IMG/VR virus record: IMGVR_UViG_3300033074_001348
Location: 1 to 64,000 of that record
Direction: 5' to 3' (one strand)
Origin: a virus
Lineage: Duplodnaviria > Caudoviricetes
DNA: 64,000 nt
Part shown: positions 29,308 to 39,668 of the stretch, in pieces
Numbering within the stretch: the stretch's first letter is position 1
Layout of the letters: each line of letters begins with the position of its first letter
Program-made: the position numbers and the translations under genes
Notes under the pieces: generated by a model
Database searches by the model: none
What the model was told of the DNA's origin: nothing
What the model saw: the letters and a program-made list of their open reading frames with translations, nothing else

Positions 29308-31151
29308 TGGATCAAACTCGTCTTGGAGAAATTGGGTGTTGTGTAACATCTAAACTTGGCGGCGATTTGATTAATGTGTGGAAAGGGAAATCCGTTACGT
29401 CCTGCGCCACCTCAATGGCATATAAACTGTCTGTACTGAGGAGTTACGTAGAGAATGGGACGGTATTGACCCCGGGCTTTGTGTCTTCCGCAACCCTTGA
29501 CATGAGTGGATTTACCTCTTTTGGGAATCTACTTGGTAATGTGGTTATTAACGGTGTGGTAGTTGGTATTTTACCTGACGATGCTTATGCCGATCTGGAT
29601 GCTGTAATTGATGGGTTTGTAACTGTAATTAATTCTAATCCAATAGGTTACTTTGCTGTAAACAACGGAGATGGGACAATTACTGTTAATGCGCCCAACG
29701 CAGGGTCTCAGGCAAACGGTTTTGAGATCACCATTCAAATCAACCCCACTTTTGTCAGGGTGTCGCAAATTGACTACGACAACAGAGAGTGGAGGCAACC
29801 TATCCATGTAAATGACTCAACGAGCGCACTTTATGGTCATACCATTGTAGCGTCACGTGCAAGTGGAGGTGTCAACCCATTTTACTTAGAAGATATTTAT
29901 AACCATGCCATCAATCAAACGGTGGGCGTGGATTTTTCAACCGGAGCAACCGGGCTCACTCATCGACCCACCGATGACGCTGTATTTACCGGTGCATTTC
30001 AGGGGGCGGGAACGATAGAGCAATTTGACAATACACTCACTCCACTACAGTCGATAGCTTTATCAGGCGTCAACGGTATTGTGTGGGCAGTATATAACTC
30101 CTTTAACAGTTGTTTGTACTTTGCTACCTCCTCCAATAATAAAGTTATTAAGGTAGACCCTACTGGCGTACAAACCGCCATCACTTCCATTACAGGGGTG
30201 AGCCGATTAGCGGTAGATACTTCTACCGGTACAGTATGGGCGGCCGGAACGAACAGTTTGTGGCGAATCAATCCAACTACCAACGTGGCTACTGCCATCC
30301 CGACCGTTGGTGAGGTGCCGGTATATTTAAGTTATTGTCCTGCCGGCAGTGGCAGTATGTTTGTGGCATTCTCAACACCGGGAATTGTTAGGCGGTATAA
30401 CCTTGATGGAACGGTACTTACAAGTACGTTTTATTCTTTAGCCTCGATTGGCTCTGTGATTTACTCTACTGTTTACAACGTGGTATTTGCCGGAACTTCG
30501 GCTATTACGCACGTAATTAAGATGGATGGTACGCTTAAAAATACCATTGCGGACGGATCAGAGAATTATGTAGAAGATATTGATAGGGGTGAAATTATAG
30601 GTTTCAGAGATTCAGGTCTTGGGAATATTGGCTATGTCAATTTCTTTGGACTTGGTACAGACGGAACGGATGTGTTTGATGGAGCACTTGAGGATGGTGT
30701 TGATCCCGTATATCAAACACAAGACGATCAGTGTGTTACACAGACGCAGGTAAGTGGCGCCTATCAGGAGCTCAGCAACGAGTGTCTGACTTGTGGATCA
30801 AATACTTATACGCAAGGAGGCTATATACCACCGGTAACTGGAACCGATGTAATTTATTATGGAATCAGTACCAATTCTGCCCTAAACGCTTCAGGCATTG
30901 CCGCTTTGACCACTATAACCAAGAGTGGCATTGCAGGAACTTACACCTATCCGCTTGGGGGTGCTACAAATTACATCTACTTTGCATACCCAACTATCTT
31001 AGGTATACCAACGAGAATGTATGACCCGGCAACGAATTTTGACATTGCCATGAGTACGTCTTATCAAGTGATTATTAATTATATAACCTACACGGTATAT
31101 CGTTCCTACTACCAACTTGGAGGAGGATTTGATATGACTGTAACAATATAA
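29298..31151 (+). CDS. tail-associated protein with beta-propeller
   Basis: Repeated ~40-aa blades (VWAVYNS..LYFA; LAVDTSTGTVWAAG) and a C-terminal YIYFAYP beta domain. Confidence 0.55.
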   Translation: MSLMDQTRLGEIGCCVTSKLGGDLINVWKGKSVTSCATSMAYKLSVLRSYVENGTVLTPGFVSSATLDMSGFTSFGNLLGNVVINGVVVGILPDDAYADLDAVIDGFVTVINSNPIGYFAVNNGDGTITVNAPNAGSQANGFEITIQINPTFVRVSQIDYDNREWRQPIHVNDSTSALYGHTIVASRASGGVNPFYLEDIYNHAINQTVGVDFSTGATGLTHRPTDDAVFTGAFQGAGTIEQFDNTLTPLQSIALSGVNGIVWAVYNSFNSCLYFATSSNNKVIKVDPTGVQTAITSITGVSRLAVDTSTGTVWAAGTNSLWRINPTTNVATAIPTVGEVPVYLSYCPAGSGSMFVAFSTPGIVRRYNLDGTVLTSTFYSLASIGSVIYSTVYNVVFAGTSAITHVIKMDGTLKNTIADGSENYVEDIDRGEIIGFRDSGLGNIGYVNFFGLGTDGTDVFDGALEDGVDPVYQTQDDQCVTQTQVSGAYQELSNECLTCGSNTYTQGGYIPPVTGTDVIYYGISTNSALNASGIAALTTITKSGIAGTYTYPLGGATNYIYFAYPTILGIPTRMYDPATNFDIAMSTSYQVIINYITYTVYRSYYQLGGGFDMTVTI

Positions 31152-31155
31152 AGAC

Positions 31156-33309
31156 ATGGCACAACCAGGCACAGTCCCAGTATCTGCACCGATAGACACC
31201 TACGCCTCCGGTAATACCTATCCGACTCATAAAGCGAATCGTGGGCTTGGCGGGTACATGACTACTGCTAATTTGACGACTCTTGCTGCAATTTCAGCAG
31301 ATCGCAGGGAGCACGGTATGTGCGTGTATGTCATTTCAGAAGGTAAAGAATATCGCTTAGAAGCAGACTTAACTACTTGGGTAGTTGCTGATCCTGCGGG
31401 GATTGATCCTAATGATCTGATGCTAAAGTCAGTTTATGATCCGAATGATGATGGCTCGGTAGTGAACTCTGACGCCGTGCAAGGCTTTACCGCAGCGCAA
31501 CTTCGGGATCGGTCGACACATACGGGCGTTCAGGCTATTTCAACGGTAACGGGGTTGCAGGCTGCTTTAGATTTGAAGGAAAATCTTGCAAATAAAGGCA
31601 TTGCGAATGGATATGTACCACTGAATGGTGCAATTAAAATTGATAACGCTTTCCTTGATTTCACCATTCCGCTTGATCCAGTTATTGCATGGAATCCGGT
31701 AACCAATACGCCGACTATATCAGACGCAGGTGGGTCGGCAGGAGAAATATACATTGTATATGACTCAGCTAACCCAACTGCAAGGGATTTGGGCTCAGGC
31801 AGTATAAACTGGAACGATGGAGATGCTGCGGTTTTTGACTCAGGAACAAGTACATTTAAGAAAATTGCACAGGTAGGTGTTGGTGTTTCTCAGATCACTA
31901 CTGCATCAGGCGTTCAGACTGGCGCAGTTACTCTAAATAGCACCTCCTATCTAAATGACTCCACCGGCAAGCGCTTTGTAACGGATAACGTACAGGCAGG
32001 TCTCAACGCTTCGCCTAATGCAGTTACCGCAGCCAATCCTGTAGCGACACAAGCTGATCTCGCCTCAATCATCGTGGTGGGTAACGGAGTATTTTTGCCT
32101 GAGTTATACTCTAATGGAGAAACGCTTGGTGACGGAACACTTCGCACATTAACCTCTTTAGGTTATAATAATGGAACGGCAGCAGCAGCATGGCCGAAAG
32201 TAAATTCTGCCTACACGATCAATGTCAATACTATGAGCATTGATTGGATTGCTTGGCAGGAGGCAATGCTCAATATGAGAGATTTAGGCTTCTCTAAAAT
32301 TACTACACCGGGCGGACGTGGGTATTGTCCGAATCAGTCCATCGTCCCTCCGTTCGATCAACTTGCTATCTCCCTGTACCGAAGGAGTAAGAAATTTATT
32401 TTTGACCTTGCTGGAAGCGCCTTTGCAAACCGCACAGGTGCGCCACTCAGAATATTTGATAAGTACCCGGCTAATCAGGCCGAGGCAAACGGATTACAAC
32501 TTGACTATTCCTATACTTTTGAGAACGCTACTTTTTATGGCAACAATAGTGCACTTGAGACCGACTGCGCTATTCGTCTTGGTGGAACTTCAGGCTCCCG
32601 GTTCAAAAATTTGAACTTTGAGCAGTGTGGTATTGGTGCCGATCTTCAGTTTTGCTTGCAGGTAAAAATGGAGGATTGTGAAAGCACAGATCATGGCAAG
32701 TATGGAGTTGCGTTGAGGGATGGTTTATGGAATGGAGCGGGAGCAAATATTGCCCAGTCTAATAATAATATGATACTCGGCTTCCGATCTTATGCCGGAA
32801 CGGGTAAAGCCGCTGAGGCTGCTATTTATCTGAATGGAAACCGAAACACTTATATCAATAATGCAGGGTTTGAAGGCGACTCCGGTTCTGTGCATCAGAT
32901 ATTCTATGATTACAATGGCGCCACGACAGTTAAGAACTTACTAATTCTTGAGAATATTGACTTTGAGAATGCAGGTGCATCACGGGCAGGAGTTCGTGTG
33001 CGCTCTAATTCAGGTCAGATGTTGTGGAGGGCGTTTAATAATCAGGTATCCTCGGCATCTATGCCAGTGTTACTTGAGGCAGAGGAAGCAGGACAACCCG
33101 ATACCAACCCAATCAATATACTTCTTGAGTGGGCAGCCTTCAACCTGAACACTGGATGGAAGCTGCGTAGTGTAGGCTCTCCTGCGTGGACAATAGCAAA
33201 TGTAGAGATGGCAAATAACGGCACTATACTCGATGCTACAAACTGGGCAACCGATAACGGAGGCTCCATACCTGCTGCCGGAAAAGTGAGATACACTTCT
33301 AAACTTTAA
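31156..33309 (+). CDS. tail spike with pectate-lyase-like beta-helix (depolymerase)
   Basis: Fibre-type N-terminus (RREHGMCVYVISEGKEYRL; NKGIANGYVPLN) followed by parallel beta-helix repeats. Confidence 0.7.
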   Translation: MAQPGTVPVSAPIDTYASGNTYPTHKANRGLGGYMTTANLTTLAAISADRREHGMCVYVISEGKEYRLEADLTTWVVADPAGIDPNDLMLKSVYDPNDDGSVVNSDAVQGFTAAQLRDRSTHTGVQAISTVTGLQAALDLKENLANKGIANGYVPLNGAIKIDNAFLDFTIPLDPVIAWNPVTNTPTISDAGGSAGEIYIVYDSANPTARDLGSGSINWNDGDAAVFDSGTSTFKKIAQVGVGVSQITTASGVQTGAVTLNSTSYLNDSTGKRFVTDNVQAGLNASPNAVTAANPVATQADLASIIVVGNGVFLPELYSNGETLGDGTLRTLTSLGYNNGTAAAAWPKVNSAYTINVNTMSIDWIAWQEAMLNMRDLGFSKITTPGGRGYCPNQSIVPPFDQLAISLYRRSKKFIFDLAGSAFANRTGAPLRIFDKYPANQAEANGLQLDYSYTFENATFYGNNSALETDCAIRLGGTSGSRFKNLNFEQCGIGADLQFCLQVKMEDCESTDHGKYGVALRDGLWNGAGANIAQSNNNMILGFRSYAGTGKAAEAAIYLNGNRNTYINNAGFEGDSGSVHQIFYDYNGATTVKNLLILENIDFENAGASRAGVRVRSNSGQMLWRAFNNQVSSASMPVLLEAEEAGQPDTNPINILLEWAAFNLNTGWKLRSVGSPAWTIANVEMANNGTILDATNWATDNGGSIPAAGKVRYTSKL

Positions 33310-33312
33310 CCA

Positions 33313-34731
33313 ATGGGCTGCAACTGTACTGCTAATTTAAGGGCTGATATCATCAAGAGATTTTTTGCAAACGACGCAAGGCGCCATGAGTTTGCATTGG
33401 AATTGATACGGATTGTAGAGTGTCAGCAAACAGTCATGTCGCTCGATTTGCAAGAGTGGTTTCGCATCTATTTTGGCTTCTCAGATATTTTGTTTGAGGA
33501 GTTTTTAGCTTGTGTAATGAAGCGCCAAACTACTATGTCTGCTGAATTGCAAAAAGTAATCCGGTCACGATATTTCCCGACATCTCAGCAAATGGCACTT
33601 GACTTTATAAGGGTGGTGCTTTGTGCGTGCTGCCCGGGGCTTTGCGGAACAGATTTATTTATCATCAATACAAGCAACAATTATACGGTTGATGGGTGGT
33701 ATTTAGACCAGAACGCATCTAATATAGTTTACATGGAATCTGGTGAGATTACCGAAACAGTTCCTTGTGAAAGTGGCATTGCCGAGTACGGGCACTCCGA
33801 TGGGAGGTCGTATGAGTATCCGCATTATTTTAACGGAGGTGTTTGGACTTACTTAATTAAGGTGACGCAAGAACTTGTTTCAGGAACAGAATATAACTTA
33901 ACTGTTGAGCTTGACACTACCTATAATTGGGGCGTTGCTTCGGGGGTATTACAGTATTCTGTTGATAATGGGGCTACATATATTGACATTCGCACGTTTG
34001 AGTATTCGCCATCGTCTTTACCTCCTTATCCATTTACATTTGATGAAGGAACTAATGACTTCATTTTAAGGACTATCGTGACGCTTGAAAATGGCTGTCA
34101 GTTCTTTAATCCTTCTCAATCTCAGGATCAGCCGTTCGCCTGTTACAACTATGTCGAGTTCGAGGACACTACCGGTAATGCGTTCTTAAATTGGACGATC
34201 AACGGAGTGGCTATGGATAACTTTAACGACATGGTGACTTTTTTCAGGGCTCTTGGGGATAATAATGATGGTGGCGTGGGGTATGATTTCACTACTGGAA
34301 ATAAATTATTTTGTTGGTATGTAGGCAATACCACACCACCGGCACTAACGGTACTGGATTTCTTTGGAGACCCCGTTGCTTATACATGGGTTTCCCTTGG
34401 TTGCGGGGCTCCTGTATTGTCGAGCTACGAGACTACATTTACTGTGAGTGACGCTTCTGACTGCGCCATATACACGCTTACATTTTTATCTGGCGCATAC
34501 TTGATATTAACGCAAACTACATCTGGAACTTACTTTACAAGTCCGGGTTACGATGTGGCTATTACTGCTGCTTATGACGATTTGTTAGGTCAAAATATTA
34601 CCGTAGATTTGACGGTGGTTGGGAATGACGTAACTATAAGAGTGAATAACTGCTACATACCTATTGAATCTATGCAATGGGGTAATTCTGATTTGTCGCA
34701 GAGTGGAACCGGAACATTTAGCCCTGTATAA
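33313..34731 (+). CDS. structural/tail-associated protein
   Basis: 472 aa, Cys-rich helical N-terminus then beta-sandwich domains. Confidence 0.45.
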   Translation: MGCNCTANLRADIIKRFFANDARRHEFALELIRIVECQQTVMSLDLQEWFRIYFGFSDILFEEFLACVMKRQTTMSAELQKVIRSRYFPTSQQMALDFIRVVLCACCPGLCGTDLFIINTSNNYTVDGWYLDQNASNIVYMESGEITETVPCESGIAEYGHSDGRSYEYPHYFNGGVWTYLIKVTQELVSGTEYNLTVELDTTYNWGVASGVLQYSVDNGATYIDIRTFEYSPSSLPPYPFTFDEGTNDFILRTIVTLENGCQFFNPSQSQDQPFACYNYVEFEDTTGNAFLNWTINGVAMDNFNDMVTFFRALGDNNDGGVGYDFTTGNKLFCWYVGNTTPPALTVLDFFGDPVAYTWVSLGCGAPVLSSYETTFTVSDASDCAIYTLTFLSGAYLILTQTTSGTYFTSPGYDVAITAAYDDLLGQNITVDLTVVGNDVTIRVNNCYIPIESMQWGNSDLSQSGTGTFSPV

Positions 34732-34732
34732 C

Positions 34733-34858
34733 ATGAAAAAGATTTTAATAGCCATTTTTGCCATACCATTTATGCTCCTGTATAGCATTTTTCTATTTGC
34801 TTGCGGGGTTAGTGCGTCTACTCAAAACAAAACCGATCAATACGACATCTATCTATGA
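34733..34858 (+). CDS. 41-aa membrane peptide, possible lipoprotein
   Basis: MKKILIAIFAIPFMLLYSIFLFAC... hydrophobic stretch ending in a lipobox-like FAC; coupled to the next gene. Confidence 0.4.
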   Translation: MKKILIAIFAIPFMLLYSIFLFACGVSASTQNKTDQYDIYL

Positions 34859-36189
34859 AAAAAACCATCACCATCTTTATTCTGCTCTTTGTTGCATACT
34901 TCGCAGCACAGAGTCAATCTGTCAGGGACGAATATTTTAAAATCGTTGGAAAGCCGACTATTGTTGCGCCCACATTAGGCTCTTACTCGGTTGACTTTAC
35001 CAACAAACAAGTTTGGCGATCCACCTCTAAAACTACCGCACAATGGACGCTTGAAACAGATACCAATATTATTAAAATGTACCTCGGTGGACGGGATGGA
35101 AAAGATGGCGCAGTTGGGCCACAAGGTCCTGCCGGTCGGGACGGAGTTTGTCCAAGTTGCCCTCCAACGAGCGGTGGTGGTATGTCATTCCCTTATAATA
35201 TAGTCGTTGGCACTGGTGATGATGCAGCTACCATGAATGCTGCTATCGCTGCTAACGTGAGTAACAACAAACCAATTTACTTAGTTGGCAATATAAATAC
35301 AGGCATTTTAACAGTTCCTAAAAATGCTTTTCGGCTCACCATAATTGGTTACGGGTCAAAATGGTACGGTGGATTAAAGCGCACTACACCCGCAAATAAT
35401 GGAGAGGCAAACGAATACATTGTCGCTCGCTTCATCATTGAAGGAATCGAATTTGTGGGAAGTCAAAATCAGGTCGCTTTGGATTTAGGGGCATCTTACA
35501 TGAGCGCATACCGTGATTTAAAGTTTGACGGATTTTTGGAAGCGATACATCTGAGATTTGCTCTGAGAACATTAATTGAAAACTGCGAGGCGGTTAATTG
35601 CGTCAACGGATTTATTGCAGACATGGGAAATTGGACGGGTGCGGATAATGCAAACAGTCAATCCAATCACACCACATTTACTGATTGCCGTGCTTATATG
35701 CCATCCAATGGTCAAGTGGCATACGGAATTTATGCAGCTTCCGGTTGCGTGGTTCGGGATTGTATCATTGAAGGATTTGTCGTATCAAAGGGAATTGATT
35801 TTAACGGTAGAAACTCCAATGTGGTTAAAGATTTTACCATTGAAAACGTGCATTTTGAATGTGTGAATGGTGCGACAACCGCATTTATCAACATAGAATC
35901 ATTTGCCGGTGGTACAGTAACTATTAATAAGGCATTTGGGCAACACGCTTCGATGTTTCTAAAAGCAAATAGCACATCAGGACTTGGATTTGTTGACATT
36001 TCCAACGTTCCGTGGTGGGTTGCAAAAGGCGGTAAATATTTCAATACTTCAAATATTACTTTAAACTTTAAATACAACGAAGCATTCAGAGGAATAAACG
36101 CCTCTATGTGGGAAGGTACAGCCCCACAATTATGCGGTGGAAGTGGATGCGGTTACAACCGTTACACCTACACCGATATACCCCGTTAA
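34855..36189 (+). CDS. signal-peptide + collagen-like + beta-helix (pectate lyase-like) protein
   Basis: MKKTITIFILLFVAYFAAQSQS signal peptide, Gly-X-Y triplets (GRDGKDGAVGPQGPAGRDG), beta-helix similar to the tail spike C-terminus. Confidence 0.65.
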   Translation: MKKTITIFILLFVAYFAAQSQSVRDEYFKIVGKPTIVAPTLGSYSVDFTNKQVWRSTSKTTAQWTLETDTNIIKMYLGGRDGKDGAVGPQGPAGRDGVCPSCPPTSGGGMSFPYNIVVGTGDDAATMNAAIAANVSNNKPIYLVGNINTGILTVPKNAFRLTIIGYGSKWYGGLKRTTPANNGEANEYIVARFIIEGIEFVGSQNQVALDLGASYMSAYRDLKFDGFLEAIHLRFALRTLIENCEAVNCVNGFIADMGNWTGADNANSQSNHTTFTDCRAYMPSNGQVAYGIYAASGCVVRDCIIEGFVVSKGIDFNGRNSNVVKDFTIENVHFECVNGATTAFINIESFAGGTVTINKAFGQHASMFLKANSTSGLGFVDISNVPWWVAKGGKYFNTSNITLNFKYNEAFRGINASMWEGTAPQLCGGSGCGYNRYTYTDIPR

Positions 36190-36224
36190 TTATCATACAC
36201 TAACCCCTCAACACCCCCTGTTAG

Positions 36225-36539
36225 ATGGCGTGGCGTATGTCAAAAGAAGCAACTGAGAAAGGAGGCGAATGGCTCTACCGTGCTGTCATGGCTGCGTTCG
36301 TCGTTTCTATGTGGACAAAAATCGACTCTATCGCTGTGATCGAGTCAAGGGTATCTACTCTTGAGCGAAGAACAGATAAGATTGAGGACGCTTTATTTGC
36401 TCCTGCCTTTGATCGTAAAAAACGCATGGAGTCGCATCTTCGTGAGACGGACTCTGTGTATAATGTTTACGTGGAGAATCTTAACGACTCTCAGCATCAA
36501 CTTATTTTGATAGACAGCCTGCTTACTGCATCTAACTAA
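36225..36539 (+). CDS. single-TM lysis-region protein
   Basis: One hydrophobic segment then coiled coil (IESRVSTLERR), upstream of holin. Confidence 0.45.
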   Translation: MAWRMSKEATEKGGEWLYRAVMAAFVVSMWTKIDSIAVIESRVSTLERRTDKIEDALFAPAFDRKKRMESHLRETDSVYNVYVENLNDSQHQLILIDSLLTASN

Positions 36540-36559
36540 CCATTAAAACTATAAAAACT

Positions 36560-36979
36560 ATGAAAACAATTATTGCAATTATTAAGGCTGCGCTCACAAA
36601 GTTCAGCATGATTAACATGACGCAATTTATCGGTATTGCTACCCTGATTGTGTCTTCGTGGCAAGGGGCAAATCTGATTAGCGCATCGGCTGTGCTGCTC
36701 ATTACTTCTGCACTGACGCTCATTCTGAAATTATGGCAAAGCACCAAAGAGCTCGTATCAACCGGCTATCAAATGGACTGGGCGGTATGGCTATCAGGTA
36801 TTGGTGGCTTGGTGATAGGCTTCGTTGATAGCTTCATTACTGACGGCAGCATTATGTCGTGGCTATTTGGGGATAAAGCGAATATTGCTTTAATGATTTA
36901 TATGGCCATTACGATCATACTCCGAACCGGCTTCTCTAACCAGTCCGTCAATTCAGTAAGTGCCCGTAAAGCACGATGA
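36560..36979 (+). CDS. putative holin
   Basis: 139 aa, about 4 hydrophobic segments, basic C-terminus, in the lysis cluster. Confidence 0.6.
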   Translation: MKTIIAIIKAALTKFSMINMTQFIGIATLIVSSWQGANLISASAVLLITSALTLILKLWQSTKELVSTGYQMDWAVWLSGIGGLVIGFVDSFITDGSIMSWLFGDKANIALMIYMAITIILRTGFSNQSVNSVSARKAR

Positions 36980-37527
36980 AGGGTTGGATTCCTCTGACCA
37001 TAACAGGAGTGGTAGCAATATTGTTCCTGTTATGGTACTTTGATCCAAAGGGTAGGTTTACCGAGAAGGTGGACTCAAGAGATACTACTGTCATCAATCT
37101 GCCTCCGGTATCCATATCCATTCCACCCTCTTCGGCTCCATCCATCATCTATCAACCCATTCCGGCAAACGTAGACTCTCTTGCTATTGTAAGGGATTAC
37201 TTTGCCATGCGATCCTATGCCGATAGCAGCGAGAACGATACGGTGAAGATTATGGTGTATGAAAAGGTAGGGCAGAACAAAATTATTGACAGGAGGCTTG
37301 ACTGGAAGTTAAAAATACCGATTACGACTGTAATAGAGCAGCACACAGCGTCAAGAAGGATGCTGCTGATTGGCGGGTCGGTTTACAGGGATAGTCTTAC
37401 CACAGGGCTTTATTTTAACGCTGCGTACAAAAACAAAAGGGATTGGATGTTTATTGGAGGATACGATCCTTTTACAAAAACTGGCATGGGCGGAGTGCTG
37501 ATGCCGATAAAATTAAGAACAGATTAA
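36976..37527 (+). CDS. putative spanin-like protein
   Basis: N-terminal TM, Pro-rich linker, C-terminal beta strands; between holin and endolysin. Confidence 0.45.
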   Translation: MKGWIPLTITGVVAILFLLWYFDPKGRFTEKVDSRDTTVINLPPVSISIPPSSAPSIIYQPIPANVDSLAIVRDYFAMRSYADSSENDTVKIMVYEKVGQNKIIDRRLDWKLKIPITTVIEQHTASRRMLLIGGSVYRDSLTTGLYFNAAYKNKRDWMFIGGYDPFTKTGMGGVLMPIKLRTD

Positions 37528-37540
37528 AACTGGGAGGGGT

Positions 37541-38023
37541 ATGGCAACAGACAGAAAGAAAATTATCGCTGAGTTTGGCGATCCGAGGGCAGACGAAAAG
37601 GCCTTTGTAAAAAAATGGATGGTGGTTTTTAATATCGGTAATCATTTTCCGTCACTACCGTTCAAAAAAGTTTATGTCAATTCGGTGTTGATACCACCAA
37701 TTATTGAGACATTCAAATTACTTTCCACAAGAGGTCTGCTTGGCGAGATCAAAAAATATGACGGCTGTTTTTTGGTTCGGTGCATCAGGGGTTATGAAAA
37801 TCCGTGTGTCCCATCTATTCATTCATGGGGCTTGGCGATTGATTTTAACGCATCAGACAACCCGCTTGGATTAAGCCGTGAGCAATGTATCAAAAAGGGA
37901 TTAAAGCCGTTCTCAGAGGCATTTTTTCAGGTATGGAGAGAAACAGGTTGGGTGGTAGGTTATGACTTTAGCCGTAAAGACGGGATGCACTTTCAATGGA
38001 CTAAGAAGTGGGACACCGCTTAA
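37541..38023 (+). CDS. endolysin, M15 family peptidase
   Basis: SIHSWGLAIDFN and DGMHFQ zinc-binding motifs. Confidence 0.85.
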   Translation: MATDRKKIIAEFGDPRADEKAFVKKWMVVFNIGNHFPSLPFKKVYVNSVLIPPIIETFKLLSTRGLLGEIKKYDGCFLVRCIRGYENPCVPSIHSWGLAIDFNASDNPLGLSREQCIKKGLKPFSEAFFQVWRETGWVVGYDFSRKDGMHFQWTKKWDTA

Positions 38024-38057
38024 AACCGAGAAGGTGTTTCTGAATGTGGTGAAGGGG

Positions 38058-38126
38058 TAATATCACGAACCTTTAACTGGTTGCAAATAAGCCTGTTGAA
38101 GATAAAGCTTCGTATATCTGATGTTA
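38058..38126 (+). repeat. 69-bp direct repeat copy 1 (attI-like anchor of cassette array 1)
   Basis: Identical to 44467-44535; identity ends at GTTA. Confidence 0.9.
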
Positions 38127-38135
38127 TACACAACC

Positions 38136-38879
38136 TTAAAAAGACAGCGTTCCAATTGAAAGTTTTTGACTAATTCTATGGATTGCTTTGTCGTAATAAA
38201 ATGTGTCTTTTTCAATTCCTGTAAGGTGCAAATTCATTTTATCCAATTTGTTTACCTTATCAACCGCCAACGCTATTGAACCACTACCAAAATGCGTATC
38301 AATGATTTTATCACCATTGTTAGCATAGTTTTTCAAAAGCCATTCATAAAGCTGTATTGGTTTTTCGTTGGGGTGTATGCGTTCTTGCTTTTCTTTCATA
38401 TTTTGCTGAAGCATTCCGTGCCATTTCCATTTAAACTTTCTTACCGCTGTTTTAAATGAAGTCCAAGCAAGCTCACAATCGGCAAAATCATTGTTCCCGT
38501 TTTCTTTATCCCAAACTATCCAGCAACTACTATCAATAGGTAATTTTGAAATAAAATGATTTGCACCCCAAACAATTTGATTTTTAGAAATTCTGCGTAA
38601 TTCATTCCAATATTCAGATTCAGGAGCTGTTAAATCATTTCCTGAATAAGCCTTATAATCTTTGCTTTTTGCCATTACGCTACGAGTGTGATTTTTTGAG
38701 CCATCTTCGCCAATTCCATACGGAACATCTACTATTGCTAAATCAAATTGTTTATCCTCAAAATCTCGCATTTTATCCAAGCAATCCGAAAGATATACGT
38801 CCAAAAAAGGCTGTGTATAACATCGGTTTGCCGTAATGGCGGTTGAAGTGCTACTATTGAGCTTTTGTGCTGTATTCAT
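38136..38879 (-). CDS. DNA methyltransferase, N6/N4 family (cassette 1)
   Basis: DLAIVDVPYG (motif IV variant), HPNEKP, IIDTHFGSGS (motif I). Confidence 0.85.
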   Translation of the reverse strand: MNTAQKLNSSTSTAITANRCYTQPFLDVYLSDCLDKMRDFEDKQFDLAIVDVPYGIGEDGSKNHTRSVMAKSKDYKAYSGNDLTAPESEYWNELRRISKNQIVWGANHFISKLPIDSSCWIVWDKENGNNDFADCELAWTSFKTAVRKFKWKWHGMLQQNMKEKQERIHPNEKPIQLYEWLLKNYANNGDKIIDTHFGSGSIALAVDKVNKLDKMNLHLTGIEKDTFYYDKAIHRISQKLSIGTLSF

Positions 38880-38948
38880 CTTTTCTACTTTTATTTAACT
38901 TTTGTACTAAATTGTCCGCCACTAACGGCAAGCCGTGAACCGTTAGGC
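38815..38948 (+). repeat. attC-like site E1
   Basis: GTATAAC...GGTTTGCCGTAATGGCGG / CCGCCACTAACGGCAAGCC...GTTAGGC. Confidence 0.8.
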
Positions 38949-38957
38949 GTAATGCCA

Positions 38958-39581
38958 TTAGCGTATCCATTCAATAGTTGGTTTGCCGACATAATCCTTG
39001 TCCCAAACATACCAAGCATAAGCAATCATACCGCTATTCTTCATTTTTACCCCACCTTTGTATAAAGTAACTCGTTTGCTAAATTGGTAAACAGTTTTTA
39101 GAGGAAATTCCTTGTCCTGAAACATCTCATATCTGCTCTCACTTTCCAACCAAACAGTTTTTAAAAACATAGCAATCTTCTTTCTACCTTGCTTTTTTGC
39201 TTTCAATACAAAGTCAAGTGCTAATTTGTAAGGTGGGTTTGTAACTATGTTATCAGCAACTAAATCACTTTGCAAAAAATCAAGTTGTTCACCATATCCT
39301 CTATTTATCAAGTCGGTGCTAATAACTTCAAATCCTTTGTTTTTAAAAACTTCGCTTATATCTCCTTCGCCACAAGCACATTCCCAAATATTTCCGCTAA
39401 AAACTTCTCGTTTCAAAAGTTCTTCTACTGCATAAGGTGGTGTGGGGTAAAAATCCTCCGCTTCACGTTCTCCATTATTTCTGCTCGAACCAACTATTGA
39501 TAGAGCTTTCGTGGAAGGCACTACGCCTAACACGGGTTTGGCAAAATTGCCGTTTTCGTTTTCAAATAAACTTTCTGTCAT
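38958..39581 (-). CDS. adenine DNA methyltransferase (cassette 2)
   Basis: DFYPTP, WECACGEG motif I, IVTNPPY motif IV. Confidence 0.85.
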   Translation of the reverse strand: MTESLFENENGNFAKPVLGVVPSTKALSIVGSSRNNGEREAEDFYPTPPYAVEELLKREVFSGNIWECACGEGDISEVFKNKGFEVISTDLINRGYGEQLDFLQSDLVADNIVTNPPYKLALDFVLKAKKQGRKKIAMFLKTVWLESESRYEMFQDKEFPLKTVYQFSKRVTLYKGGVKMKNSGMIAYAWYVWDKDYVGKPTIEWIR

Positions 39582-39650
39582 AATATCATCTTTTGTTTTT
39601 CAATTTAACTTTTGTGTTCGGCAACTTCGCCAAGCCCGATACCGTTAGCG
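39525..39650 (+). repeat. attC-like site E2
   Basis: GCCTAAC-A-CGGGTTTGGCAAAATTGCCG / CGGCAACTTCGCCAAGCCCG-ATACC-GTTAGCG. Confidence 0.85.
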
Positions 39651-39668
39651 GTAATGCCAACAGACACC

